A stretch of 64,000 nucleotides of DNA from Paramecium tetraurelia (GCA_000165425.1 CT868656.1:186001-250000); one strand, 5' to 3'. Positions 24,931-38,763 are shown, counted from the stretch's first letter. The notes: generated from the letters alone by a model not told the origin. Translations and numbers: made by a program.

Positions 24931-26138
24931 ATGTTCAATAATTCAACATCCTTTTTTGCAAACTCAAATGAAAAAAACAACCAGTTGAAAGAGAAAATCT
25001 ATAGCGCTCTCTATTAATCTCCTAACACATCTTAGTAAAATTTTTACTTAACCAAATAGTGATGTTATGAAGTGGATTCCAAGCAATGATATTTCAAATC
25101 TCTCGGTGTCAATTGAGTAGGACATTGATAAAATTCTACAAGTAATCCCACCCTGTCAATTTCAACCAAATAAACAGATCTCCTTTCAAAATTGTTATAC
25201 TCAACAATCTGCTCATTGTCAACCTATGACAATTTTAAGTTCATCCTAAAAAAATAATTCTGAAAATATATACGAACCTGAAATAAAACCAATTTAATAA
25301 CCTTAAATTGAAAGCAATTCAAAACACAATAGAATAGAGCAACAATAAATTCTTTCAAAGTAGAATTAATACATTTAGGATTTGATTACTAGATACAAAG
25401 AACCTCCTAAGAACGCTTTTTAGGAAGATTAAAACCATCCTACAGGTAATATTGAAGAGGAGTAGGATATCAATACAAAATAATCAGTCACAAATAGAGA
25501 TTCTAAATAAAAAGGTTGTTTAATTATTTAAGAAAAATGTAAAAACAATGAACTCTCAAAACTAACTGAATAATAAACTTGTTTAAATTAAAGCATTGGT
25601 AATTCTGTTATTTTAGATGCATTAATTAATGAAGAAAATATCAAATAAGTTTAATCTATTGTAGAAATTGAAAGTTAAGCTTTTAATACAAATTAAAATT
25701 GGGCAAAAATGAAGTTAAGAAAAGAGGCTAAATAATATGAAATTTACAAAACCCAAAACTTTTTAGATCTCTTATATTCTTTGCCCTCTTTCTTTATTCA
25801 TTAGATAGAAGGTGAATTAAAAGTTGATAAATTGAGGGCCTAAGAAAATTAAGAGGGATATTATTATCAATCATTTGAACTTACTGTCAATCCATTCAAG
25901 ATGATTGGGCCAATTAATTTTAAAAAAAATCTTAAAATTGTATTTTTTTATAAGATAATAGCATATAAGGTTCAAGAAGGGATATTATGGTGTAGTTTAT
26001 TATGATAAACAATTATAAAATGTGATTCCTTAAAATTAAGTTGATGGGATAACTTTGAAAAATGAACCATTTTTATTAGCAAACAATTCTGATAAACCTA
26101 TAAAAGTCATTTGTTGCATTGTTGGAATCAAAAAATGA
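24931..26138 (+). CDS. hypothetical protein, low-complexity N-terminus and possible C-terminal cupin-like domain
   Basis: ATG 24931; introns ~25035-25059 and ~25940-25961. C-terminus FELTVNPFKMIGPINFKKNLKIHIRFKKGYYGVVYYDK..EPFLLANNSDKPIKVICCIVGIKK*. Confidence 0.65.
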
Positions 26139-26425
26139 TATTAATTAAATTTATAACTAAATCCAATCAGTCTTTTAACAATGATTTAAATTATATGCCA
26201 TACTTATCTTTAATTACTATCCATTTATATTAGCATTCCAATTTATTTGTATCTAGTAATATTAATTGATTATTTTGACACTCATATTTATTTTTTTCTA
26301 TTTCAGTGAAACATTACAACCAGTTCATTGTCAGTCGTAATACTATTCTATAAAAAACAATATAAAATGATAGAATTTCAAAATCATAAAATTAATTAGT
26401 TTAATTAAAATGGAATATTAAAAAT

Positions 26426-27749
26426 ATGGATGATTAAAATAAACTCGAAAGCCTTAGAACAGCAATAATTAGCGGGATGATAGATTTTATTAACAAAAAT
26501 TAATAAGAAAATGAAGAAGAGGATAATATTTAAGACACTTAATAAAATTTATAAATAATACATGCTTAAGTTTAAACCTAATTATAAATTAATTTTTCGT
26601 CACCCTAAAATTTGATCATAATATTAAATAAAGAATTAATCAAGCTAAAAGGTAATAAAGCTTTGACGAAACATTAAAAAAAATTTTATAAAGCAAATTA
26701 TTCTTAATAATTATTAGAAAATCTATCATAAACAGGATAAGCTAAAACACCTATTTCTCTACCTTCTTATGTTAATCCGATAATCGATAATGTTGATGTT
26801 TTATTTTATGCTTTGAAAGAATGTTTGTTAAGGGCTTAAAACCGAGAATTACTTAAAACAGATAGTTCAGTTTCTGCTGGATTAGAATCTCTTGTAGGAG
26901 CATTCGGATAAGATTAAGGTTGCTTAAAATTTCGAACTATTTAAGTTGATTATAATAAGCTAACAACTGATGACTATTTTAGAAACTAAATCTATCTGAA
27001 TTAAAACAAAAAATAGCTCAACATTACAATATTAAGATTGATCAAGTTTAGGTCGTTGCAATCAATAAAGGGAGTGCTGAGATTTATCAAAAATAATATC
27101 AAGTAGAGTAGATATTGAAAATTTAAAAAATGATGATATTAATTTTTTTAAAAACTTATGTGGAGGTTTAATTGATTATTATAACTACTTTGTTAAAGCA
27201 GTAGAGAAGGGGAAATTTGGGCTTTCATATTCAGATTTTAATCCTCATCACAACATGAGATGGGATAATTTTCCAGAAAAAGAAGAAAGAGGCCCCAGGT
27301 TACAGCTAAAATTATTACTTTCCAATAGGTTGGCAAGTTTTGGATTAAAGCTTGACGAAAAAGAGCATTAAAATATAAATTGGATTAATATGGATGGTAA
27401 TAAGGAAGAATGGAGAATTTTATTTCACGGAACAAAATAATATTGCGTGGCTGATATTACGAAAGAAAAATTAAAAGGAGGGAATAATCAAGTCTGGGAG
27501 AATTATATTTGTGAAGATGGAAGAAAAGTAGGAAGAGGGATATATTTCTCCTATACAATTGAAGTATGTCTTCGTCCCGAATATGCTGAGCCTGTCTAAG
27601 TAGGTTAAAAACAATATTCAGTAACTTTCATGTCTAGAGCGAATCCAACGAAAATTACGTAAAGCCCAAAATGAAAAACATTAGATTTTTTTGTTATCAA
27701 TGATTCTGCTGATGTTAAACCATATAGAATTTTATTAGAAGAAGTTTGA
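26426..27749 (+). pseudogene. PARP-like ADP-ribosyltransferase domain gene with frameshifts and an internal stop
   Basis: EERGP, YYFPIGW (in a shifted frame), WRILFHGT (H at 27426), GRGIYFS, PEYA, FMSRANP, FVINDSADVKPYRILL. Frame shifts at ~26995, ~27095, ~27295, ~27337; TGA at 27672. Confidence 0.75.
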
Positions 27750-28457
27750 TAAAATCATCATAATATTAATTAGTTGATATGAAAAAATATTTTTATTCCA
27801 AAATCCTTTACAATTTTTATGATAAAAATAGAGTCGTTTTTTAAATTTAAAGGTTGGTTTTAGGTTTACAATGATATTTACTTGTGTTTTAGTTTTATAA
27901 ACCCATGATTAAATGGTTTTAATTATTTCATATTCAAAATTATTTCAAAATCGAAACTCAAAAATACTAACTAAATGTTTATAAGTGTTTTTTGAAAAGA
28001 AATCACTTGATCTTGACTTTTTTTATTAGAATAAAGATTAGTTGCTGAAAATATTAGTTATTGGAAATTAAATGATCTAAAATCTTAACCTCTTCCCTTA
28101 TATAATTAAGATTCATATGATGTGTTAATTAATTTTTAATTAATTGCAATAATTTTTAACCAGTATTTAATGATTCAAAGAATTTATCAATTTTTATTAA
28201 TCTTATAAGCTAAAGTTCTTGAGATTTAAAGAGTAAAATTAAGGATGTTAATATTCTGATAAATTGCTGAGTTCAAATAGCTAGTTAATATGATTTTTAT
28301 ATATTTAATGTTTTAAGGGCAATTATATATTTAGTAAAGACATTTGTGTAAGTGATATGGATTAAAATTGAAGCTACATTAAATTTCCTAATTATTATTT
28401 AGATTTGAATTTATGCTTGATTAGAATATTATTAAATAATCATTTTCTGTTTAAAAT

Positions 28458-31327
28458 ATGATATGTTCTCATGGTTAACAGAATGAAAATGATCAAAATA
28501 AATCCAATCCTTTAAAAGATATAGTTTAATATCTTAAAAATAAATTCATTTTAAGATTTCTTATCTTAATGAGATATAAGTTTTATAAAAGAGATTTGAC
28601 ATCTTAGTAACAATAATTATATGTCACTCTTAAAATATTTTTTTTTTTGTGCCATTATTTTTCAAAAGTTGGTTAACTTACTCTAAATGCATTAGATAAT
28701 ATTTTATGTAAATATATTAATTATTCTTTAAAATTTGATTTATGTTTAAATATTAATTATCGGCCCCTTTTAAGGTGCAACTAACTATGATACTTTTACT
28801 AATATTTCACTTCGTTAGATAACTTCTATCATATTATTATCAATAGGATCAATACATAATATTAATGATGTCGAATTTTTTATTCCAAATAGCATTGGAG
28901 CTGATTTTCATTAATAATGAGACTGTTAATTAAAGGGCTTTATAATTTGTATTAATTTTGATTAATGTTATTCTCTTTTAAGTAGAATCAATTAAATATG
29001 GCATCGATAATGTAGATTCTAATTATTCTTATATAATTATAATGTACTTACTAAATAACTATTAAAATTAGGAAATTAGAAAGGCATTTTGGTAAGTAAT
29101 TTATAAATTTCTACTCTTGATTCTTTTTTTAAGCTTTTATTATTCCAAAGAGGAATCAAAAGAATAAAGAAGCATCGATTATTATTGCAAGATTGTAAAT
29201 TAAAAATTAAATATGGCAATTGTTATTTTCTTATTGCAAGAGATCAAAGGATAGGAGCAAAAGTAAAATATTTTATCAACTATTGATGAAAAAATAATGT
29301 CAAAATATAACCAGAATACAAAAAAGAAGGAATGTGTTAAGCAAGATACAAAAAGATCATCATTTTAAGATCTAAGTGAAATACTCACAGACAGAAAGCA
29401 AACTATCTAAAAATATTAATTATACTAGTAATTAGATCAAACTTTATTGTTGGATATTTTAACTGAAGCAGTAATTATTATAAAATTTGAAAAATCAGAG
29501 GAACCTCATATTTATAAACCGCGAATTGATTATTAGAATTAAATAAGCAAAGCTATGTTTTAGAAAAACAATTCAGATTTGCTCTAATTTTTTGAAAAAA
29601 CAACAAGCGAAGTTTTGAGCGATGACTCACCAGTTAATCCTAGAAACTCATTATTATCTTTCTAAAGTTTTGCATAATAATAATACAAAAATATGAAAAG
29701 ATCTTCCAAATTTAACCCTTAGTAATACTTTGTTGCAGAAAATAAGTAAGATTAAAAATCGGCAGGACTCCATTCTGTTTCCCCAAGATTAAGATCTTTA
29801 ACTACTTAAGTAAAATCAATTATTTAATTTAGCTTAATACTATTTATAAATCTTTACTCTATGTATATAATACTAAGAAAGTACGATTTGAAATAAACGG
29901 CAAAGTAGAAGCGTTGATAATCGAAACCAACTTCGAGATTGATAACACAAAAAAAACTGTTGAAATGCTCGTCACAATAGGGGGAGATGATTTACTTCTT
30001 GTGATTGCTCGAGATGTAGTGCATAGGAAAAACATAAAGGAACTTTTTGAAATAAATTAATCTAAATCTAAAATTTTATCTTTTGTAAGTCATGAATTTA
30101 GATCACCTTTGAATGTTATGATAAATGTCCTTTAAAATATGATGGAGGATAAAAGTTTAAAAAATTCTTTATTGCAGCCTCTCAAAATAGTGTTGGAGAA
30201 CTCATACTATATGCTAAACTTATCAAATGATTTACTTGATTTAGCACAGATAAAAAATGAAACTTTTAGTTTAAATCTAAAAACGATAGATATCATCTAA
30301 TTAGGAGAGGAATGCATAAAGATGTTTTAATTATAGGCAGAGCAAAAAAATATAAAGTTAAATGTAATTACTAATATAAAGCCTTTATATATATATACTG
30401 ATAAAAGTCGATTGAAATAGATAATTATAAATCTTTTAGCAAATGCAATGAAATTCACGTAGAAAGGAAGCATTTCAATTAAAATTAAATAAAGAGGATT
30501 CTTAGTAGATGTTGGAGTTGAAGATACTGGAATTGGAATTTCGTAGTAAAATCAAAATAAATTATTTAAGGCATTTGTAAAAATTAAAGATAGCGAAAAT
30601 TAAAAATTAAATGAATAAGGAGTTGGATTAGGACTTGTAATTAGTAATAAAATAGCATAACAATTATCATCTGATGGTTAAGGATTAAGAGTTATTTCCA
30701 GAGATACTACACACTTGGATCATGGCTCTTTCTTTTATTTGATACTAAAAATTAAATAATTTCACGCAAAAATAACTTCATCAAAGCTATAATAAGTTGA
30801 TATTGAAGAAATTGAATCTCCTTTTTCTGATAAACATATTAAATTATCATAATTTAGAATGACATTTAATAATGGTCAACATTCATTCGCAGATGATTAA
30901 AGGATGATTGAAAAAGCTAATTGCTAACATATTTTGATTGTTGATGATAATGTATTTAATTAAAACATTTTAGAAATGCAAATACAATAATTGTAAATTT
31001 ATTTATATTCATTTTAGTACAAAAGCTAAAATTGATAAAAATAATAGTGGAATTGAAGCTATTGAATCGGTGAAATCAAAGAAGTGCAATCAAAATTGTT
31101 AAGGCTATAATGCTATATTTATGGATATGGAAATGCCTGGTTTAGATGGGTTTTAGGCATCTACTTAAATTTTATAATTTAATGGAAAAATCAAAATATT
31201 CATAGTTTCTGGTTATGAAAAATCTCAATTCGATGAAGAAAGCAAAAAAATTGGAATTCAAGAATTTATTGTAAAGCCAATCTCAAAAGATATCATCTAA
31301 AGGATAATCCTAGAAAATCATTTATGA
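28458..31327 (+). CDS. membrane-anchored hybrid histidine kinase (HisKA-HATPase_c-receiver)
   Basis: SFVSHEFRSPLN, RLKQIIINLLANAMKFT, VEDTGIGI, GVGLGLVIS, ILIVDDNVFN, IFMDMEMPGLDG, FIVKPI; hydrophobic N-terminal segments. Start uncertain (28458 or 28742) with an apparent frame change before 28742. Confidence 0.9.
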
Positions 31328-31814
31328 TTGACAAGTAATATTGTGAAATTATAAATAATTATAACACTATTTTTGTCAATTTCCTTTTAGTATTTGATGT
31401 TCTAAATTTATATTCTCAAGTTTCCCATTTTTGACAATTATTTCTGATTTAACCCTTGTAGATCCATTATAAAAATTTAACATTTAAGGTTTCTCAAGAT
31501 TTTTTTTTTTATTATCATTGGGATAAAAAATATTCTGTTGCTTTTGCAATCTTATTTTATTTAAAAATATAGGCTTTTTTTTGGGAATTTATTATTGCTT
31601 AGTAAGATTTTGATATTTAGAATTCTTGGAAAATACATAACTTATTGCTTAATCCTTATTAAACCTAAAAATTGCATTAATTAAGAATTGTTTAATTTAT
31701 TTGAAAAAGTTTTAATCATCTTCAATAATAGTATTTATTCAGTTAAATTAATTTGTTTCTTAGTATTAATAAAATGAGATTATATTATTTATTAAAAATT
31801 TTAAAATATATTAA

Positions 31815-33388
31815 TCATTTAGTATTAGCAATTTAGTGGTTATCATATTCTTATTCACCTTATTATTCTTAATCCAAAGAAAAATGACTTAAGGGACTTA
31901 GTTCTTCCAAAATATCGTTTTGAATTTGTACCTAAGGAGTAACAGCTTTAGGACCATAAAGTGGAGTTCGAGTAACTATAGATAGTTTCTTACTATCTTG
32001 ACTTATTAATTTTTAATTAGGACTATTGTAATTTTATAGATATTAGTTAAAGGAATCTTTATTGGGGCTTTCTTCAATTTAGGAAGTATTGAATTAAGTT
32101 GTTTTTTATTATGATTGTTACTTGCCATTATTTTAAAAGAACGGATGTTACAGACATTGCTCAGAAGTATAACGTTACAAGAAATTATGAGCTGTCATTT
32201 TGAATCTAAATTAATAATCAATATCTTACAATAGATCCTTTGCATCATAGTCTAATTATTGATATTTTGGTTTTGAAAAGTCCACTTAAAATTCTTTGTT
32301 CATCCTTAAAATCTCTTAATGACCATTTCCTACAAACAATCCTTCTCCCAAAAGCAAAATATGAAATATGACACCTGCCGAAAAAATGTCACAAGCAGCT
32401 GTGTATGGCTAGGTTTTATCAATCAGATTTGCAACTTCAGGAGCCACAAATCCTGGAGTACCACATTTTGGATATAAGTAGGGAAAGGCATCTATTTCTA
32501 CAGAGAGACCGAAATCAGCAATAGTCAAGGTATTCAGATTCCCTTTTTCTCTAAATAATATATTTTCTGGTTTTAAATCTCTATGCATAATTTGTTTCGA
32601 ATGTATATAATGTAATCCTGATAAAATCTAATACATGATCTTTTATAATTATAAAATAATTACATTCTGAACTTCTTCTCTACTATAAAGACTTACTTTA
32701 TTTTTCATTTCCTTATACAAACTTCCGCCTTAAGCTAAATCCATTATCAAGTATATATTGTTGTCTCCCTCATAAACTTCAATGAGATTTATGAGTGATC
32801 TGTGCGGACTTAATGTTCTCATGATTTTAATCTCATTTTAGACTGATTACTTAATATAGAACAATAGTGTTACTTCTCCTTATTCGATAGCCTATACTTT
32901 CTTTTTATCAATACACTTGGATGCAAATCTTTGATCTGAATGTAAATGTTGTAATTCAAGAACCTAATATAAGAATCAGCTTTTAAATACTAAGGCATAA
33001 TTTCCCTATCCAATCACTTATTAAGCCATATATTCTTCTTAGACTTTTGCTTAAAAAAAGAGGTTAGAAACATTTTTTTTCAATTCGCGAAGTGTTTGAT
33101 CCTCTCCGAAATATTCAAATTATATATCGCCACAGTCAAAAATCAATCCCTTTAATTTTAAAGGCTACTCATTTGTATATCTCCAAATCAATCTATTGGT
33201 ATTGGTGTTAGAAAATATCCGATCTGCTCGTTTTCTATTGGAATCCTAAGAGTAGAATTAGTTCTAATTTCTACTTTATTTGCGATCACTCTGTCAGAAA
33301 AGACATAGAAGTAACGAGTGGATGAACCAAGGAACAATTTTTTGAATAGACGACATTGATATAATTCATCACAAGATTTAGGAAACAT
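31815..33388 (-). CDS. Ser/Thr protein kinase (CAMK-like) with N-terminal PH-like region
   Basis: [48 protein letters not shown]; short introns. Confidence 0.93.
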
Positions 33389-35407
33389 TATAATTAATGA
33401 TTATATCTTAGATCGATGCAGCCAACAACTACAGCTCTTCCTATTTAATTAATAGCAATTCCTCATAAGTCTTCTTCGTGATTTCAAGCTGTTTATTCAT
33501 CAACGAAGATTGATTTATGGGCACTTTCTTTTTCTTTTTCATTCTAAGTTATTCCTCAGTTTTTTCTAATTTTTGTAAGGCTCCCTCCAATTACTCTTTC
33601 ATCTAAGGAAATTCCACTAGTTGTTTGTCTTACAAAGCGATTTTTTGTAAGGATTACTCAAACTAGCTTCGAATTACATTGTTATCCTATAATGAATGCA
33701 GATGAAATATACCTCTATTAAACTCAGAACTTTATCCTTAGCATCCTATAATTCTTATTCATATTTATGCTATTCAATAAAAAATTATTCTAATTTAATT
33801 TATAATTCCTTCATTTCTTTGTGTAATTAGTTTTGCTTCTCCTCATATAATGCTCGCTCTGCTAGCAAGTCAGAACATTAGGTTTTCCAGAAAGATAATT
33901 ATGATGATAGAATCTCTTCATCAAAACTAGAATCCTATTTCTTGAGGAGAGTAAAGGATTCATAATTGTCATCAGTTTATGTATGAACATCGAGTTTGAG
34001 TTTCTGATCCCCTTCTATCAAATAATTAGATTTTGTGATTAATTAGGATAATTCTAATCCAAGATTCCTTTTTGGAGTGAAGATTCCACTAAAGTTTCTC
34101 CTTTCTTCTCCATCATTAAGAGAATGCAACATAACTGAGCTGTTTTCCAATTAGGATTATTCTGTTTTATTGTGGATGTTGTGTTCCAAATCTATTATTT
34201 CTTATTTCAATTTAAATATTTCCTATTCTCTCAATTTCAATTATCTACTCAAGGACTCATTCTCTGATCTGGCTTTGGAAATATCAAATTCCTATTAGCT
34301 TTAGATTTTTTAGTTTTATTTTTGTAACTACTTTTGAGAGTCTAATTTTTATTGTAACTAATTAACTTTGTTATTTAATTCAATATTCTCTTCTTTCAAC
34401 TTTGAATTTTACTTCAAGTTTTCCTTGTTTTTAGTTTATTCTTGAAGAGACTCAGACAATTAAGTTTTAAGTTGTTCACAATATTTTTCTAATTTTTGCA
34501 TCTAGGTGTATTTTCTATATCCGGCCTCCAATTTATTTCTCAAATCTCTAACTATTTCCTCATGCACATCTTTCTCTTATTATTGGTCGTTTTTTAAGGT
34601 TTCTATTATTTATTACATTCCTTTAATGTCATCAATTCTATTATGAATATACTCACAAACTTCACTAACTGAATTAGTTTGTGTAACTTCATAAATTTGA
34701 TTTAAATCTTCATTCAAAGAATTTATTGTTTTTTATCGTGTTTCTATATCTGTTTGCACTATTTCCATATCTTCCTTCATCTTTTTTTTCTCCATCTCGT
34801 ACTATTCTTTTGAAAGCATTAAATCTTGATTCAATTTCTAATTTTCATACTCCAATTCTTCGAATTTACGTAACACTTCATCTGAAATCTTTGATTCTTG
34901 ATCCAATGTCAATGAAGATTGTTCTTCTTATATTAATTTTAATAGAACCATTTATGTTTCTTAATCTAGTTGCATCATTGGAGTGACCAATTCACTTGAA
35001 TATGGCGAATGTATTATAGCTTATAATAGGCTTACCATCTATTATATTTTGAAATATTTAATACCATCTCCAAAATACACTATTCATTTCTATTTTTGAC
35101 AACCTGAAGAAAATTTGGCTTTTATGGAAGTTTAAGCTTGCTTTCAAATGCATTCCATAATTCCTTAATTTCTTTCATCTACATTTCCCAATTATCATTT
35201 TATTCCAATTAAATTTCTATCTCAAAACTAAATAAAGATAATTGATAATACATGTGATATAACATTTATTATAAAGCAATCCCTGAACTTAAATCTGATA
35301 GCTGATTAAGTTTTGGTTGAATAAATTAAAAGGAGTTGATCTATTTAGAATGTTATTCTTACTAAATTTAAAATAGAGGAAATTTGCTTTAGTTGTTTAC
35401 TATTCAT
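33369..35407 (-). CDS. HOOK: Hook-family protein (Hook/CH-like domain plus long coiled coil)
   Basis: After splicing: SILNLINSF..LSDLSSGIALQQMLYHI..DNWEMQMKEIKELW..PNFLQVV..MVSLLQAII..MMQLDQETQMVLLKLIQE, which follows the Hook-domain pattern; then a long heptad-rich coiled coil. Confidence 0.8.
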
Positions 35408-35464
35408 ATAAAATAATTATTGAATTTTATTCAAAATAAAACTATAAATTATTTATATTCATTT

Positions 35465-36040
35465 TCAATTAAGGAAAAGTTCAGGGTTTCTCATGTGGTA
35501 ATAGGGTTTGGCAATTTTCATTGATCCATGTAGCATCACAAATAAATAAATTGGTCTGATTATATATCTTATATAAAAGAAGAGTTGATAGAAGAAACTT
35601 AACCAATTTTCTTTGATTACTTCTACAATCACAGAGTTTGATGTAGTATTAGTAATAAATATGGCTACTCTCTCAATCACAACTAAGATAAGCATTAATC
35701 CGCTAACCAAAAAAACATACAAAAAATCCCTTAATTTTAAATTTATCATACTTAACTAGAAGTTTAACCATACCCAATTTAAGCGGTTAAGTTTGCCACA
35801 TCAAAGTGCAAAACAACACAAATATGATTCCTGTTATTATGATATGAAGGGCACTCATCCATAGTATCTGAGTTTCTCCCTATTTTATATCTTGCGAAAT
35901 TTGATTCATTGTTGTTGGTTCAATAAAGGATGACCAAATCAAATCAAATATTAAAAATACATAAAATATTCCTAATTTAATATATAGGGCTCTTAATTCT
36001 GACTATAAACTCTATTAGATAATATTTTTTACTCTCTCAT
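35465..36040 (-). CDS. TMEM138: TMEM138-like ciliary membrane protein
   Basis: FLIFDLIWSSFIEP..LMWQTQPLKLGMVKLLVKDF..WLSFFYQLFFYIRYI..MKIAKPYYH parallels TMEM138 (YDLFVNSFSE..NTFVFQAGLVNLL..RLGDPHFY) with 4 TM segments. Start approximate. Confidence 0.72.
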
Positions 36041-36385
36041 TTATTTTTGTGAATTCTAATATATTAATTATTAAAACTGATTCAAATAAAAAATTAATAT
36101 TTTAAATCAAGGAATATTTATTACCATTACTTCTATTGGTTTTAACCTTTTTAGAAATTTAGTTTTTTAATAATATTGAAACATTAAATTCTTGGTAATA
36201 TCGGAACTTTATTCTTAAACTACTTTGCGTTTATTTCAATACAGAATGAACCCTATAGATTCAAGGATAAAAAGAATTAATGTAATTTAAAATCATTTTT
36301 CGAATTAAAATTAAAAACTTATTTCTTTTCTATTTTTGAGATATTGAATTTTATATTAATCGTTAGTGTTATATTATTTGCATTA

Positions 36386-36823
36386 ATGAAAAATAATAAA
36401 AATTCATACATAAACCAAGATGACGTAACTATTATGGATACCGCAAAGAATTAACATACGTATTCTAATGTTAAATTATTTTTAACAAATAAAATGATTA
36501 ATGGAAATTTTGTAAAACCTTAAAGAAAAAGACCATAAAGTCAAGCAATAAATAGGGCTTATACATCGAATTCAAATGACAGAAAAACATAAACGGAACA
36601 AAAATCATTTGATCTGCATACTTGGGTGGATTTTGAGGATCAAATAAGAAAAATGGCCATAAAAAGTTTTCACTCATCAATTGAACCTAAACCGAAATTA
36701 TTAAAAAAATCAATCCCCAATCAAAAATAATAATTGTAAGCTTAATTTAAGGAGTTGATTAAGGATGTACTTTAAATGAACTTAAGAAATGATCTTTATA
36801 ATAAATTATCAAAATTTATTTGA
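36386..36823 (+). CDS. hypothetical protein (145 aa)
   Basis: Uninterrupted code-6 ORF from ATG to TGA, 438 nt. Confidence 0.55.
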
Positions 36824-37181
36824 TACTTATTTTGTTGCAATTATATGTTTAAACATTTAAGAAAAGAAAAAGGAAATCATTTTTGAGAATGATTAATTAA
36901 TTTTACTGTTTTTCTGTTCAATTATAATTCTTCTGTTACTTATAAATAATAATTGCATTTTTAATCATTAGATTGAAGGAAGTCAAAAGGATTTTAGAAC
37001 AAATCATTCTTCAGATGTTATTTACACATAAGTGAGACTTTGATTTAAATATTTTGGAACTCGAATTGATATTTTATTTGTTATTATGCAATTTAAAAAA
37101 TTATATAATGAGAAATTAAATGTTATTCGAATATTACGAGTTAGTTAAATAAACAAAAATTTGAATTAAATTGAAAACATA

Positions 37182-38763
37182 ATGCAATCGAACAAAGGGC
37201 ATAAGTTAGATGAATTACTCACATGCTTTATCTGTCTATCAAACCTAACAAATCCTCATATATGTCCATGTTGCTCAAAATTATGCTGTTATTCTTGTAT
37301 TACAAAATGGTTGACAGAGAATAGGCAGGTTTATAAGTTGTTCTTAATTAGAATAGTGTCCACATTGTAGATCCACTTTGAGAATTTAATAATTAGTAAA
37401 TTGTAGGTTTTTAGAGGATATCGTGGCATAAAATGATCCATGTCCCCTCCATAATGCTCAATTATAGTATTATTGTGTCACATGTGCACATCCTATTTGT
37501 TCTGAGTGTGCAATGTTTTCTGCACATAAAATGCATGAGTTTGAACATATTTAAAAGGTTTTTGACTCAAAAATCAAAGATGTAAAAACAAAAATGGAAA
37601 ATGTATAAGAAAAGTTGAAAAATCTTAAAAATTCAGCAGTAATGATTGATGAATTAATGGATGAATTGAACCGTAGCAAAGACGAGAGGGTTTAAGAGAT
37701 CTAAGCATATACCGAATAACTTCTGTAAAAGTTGGAATAAACACATACAGCCAGAATGGGCAATCTGTAGATGTAAAGATAGAGATTAAATGAAAAGATT
37801 CTAATCGCATCTGCAGAATTAGATACCATATCATAACAGATAAAAGGCTATTAGAAGAGCAAAACAATAATGACAGCACAAGAACTCTTATAAAGAATAG
37901 AATCGGTCAATGTTGAACCTGAGCAAATTGGCGGTGTGCCTATGAATTTCTAATCAGAAATAACACCTCAGTATGTCTGTGATACTTTTGAATTAAACTC
38001 TTTTAATCAGAGTGAAGAAATTGTATATTCTGATCACCTAATTACTAATGGAATAAGATGGAGACTCAAGATATATCCTCATGGAAATGGAAATGCAAAA
38101 AATATTTACATTTCGATATTTCTAGAAATGGATTCAAAATATGCAGAAATCAGAAGATATGAATATAAAATAGAGATGATTAACTAAAAAAATGGTTTAT
38201 CTGTAATTAGAGAATTTGCGAGTGATTTTGAAGGAGGAGAATGTTGGGGATATAATAGATTCTTTAGAATCGACCTATTATAGAAAGATGGATATTTGGT
38301 GAATGACAAATTATTGTTTAAATATTATGTCAGAGCTCCTAATTATTACACTCAATGTTTGGATATGCAAAGATATATCAAGCAATTAGAATCGTAGGTA
38401 AGTATTTAATAGACTACCAGAAAAATAGAATAGCAATCATCAATTTAAAAATTAAAAGAAGAAATAGAATAATATGCAGAGAAAATTGAATAATTAGAAT
38501 AATCATAACCAAGCAATACTTCAGAAATTTAAGAAAGCGAAGACGATCATTAATTATAGTAATAATAGGATGAAGAAAGCAGTTCATCCAGCAATCATTC
38601 AGATTATTATTTTGATGGATAATACTAAGAGATTCCAATCTAATAGGAAAGTTTACCAATAAGAAGAAATCTTATTCAGAAATTTAATTAATCCAGCTTA
38701 GTTAACACATCTTAAAATCTTAGAAGTCCATTGTCAGAATTTAGTGAAAATTTATATTCTTGA
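37182..38763 (+). CDS. TRIM37: TRIM37-like E3 ligase (RING, B-box, coiled coil, MATH)
   Basis: [33 protein letters not shown]-box [58 protein letters not shown]. Confidence 0.95.
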
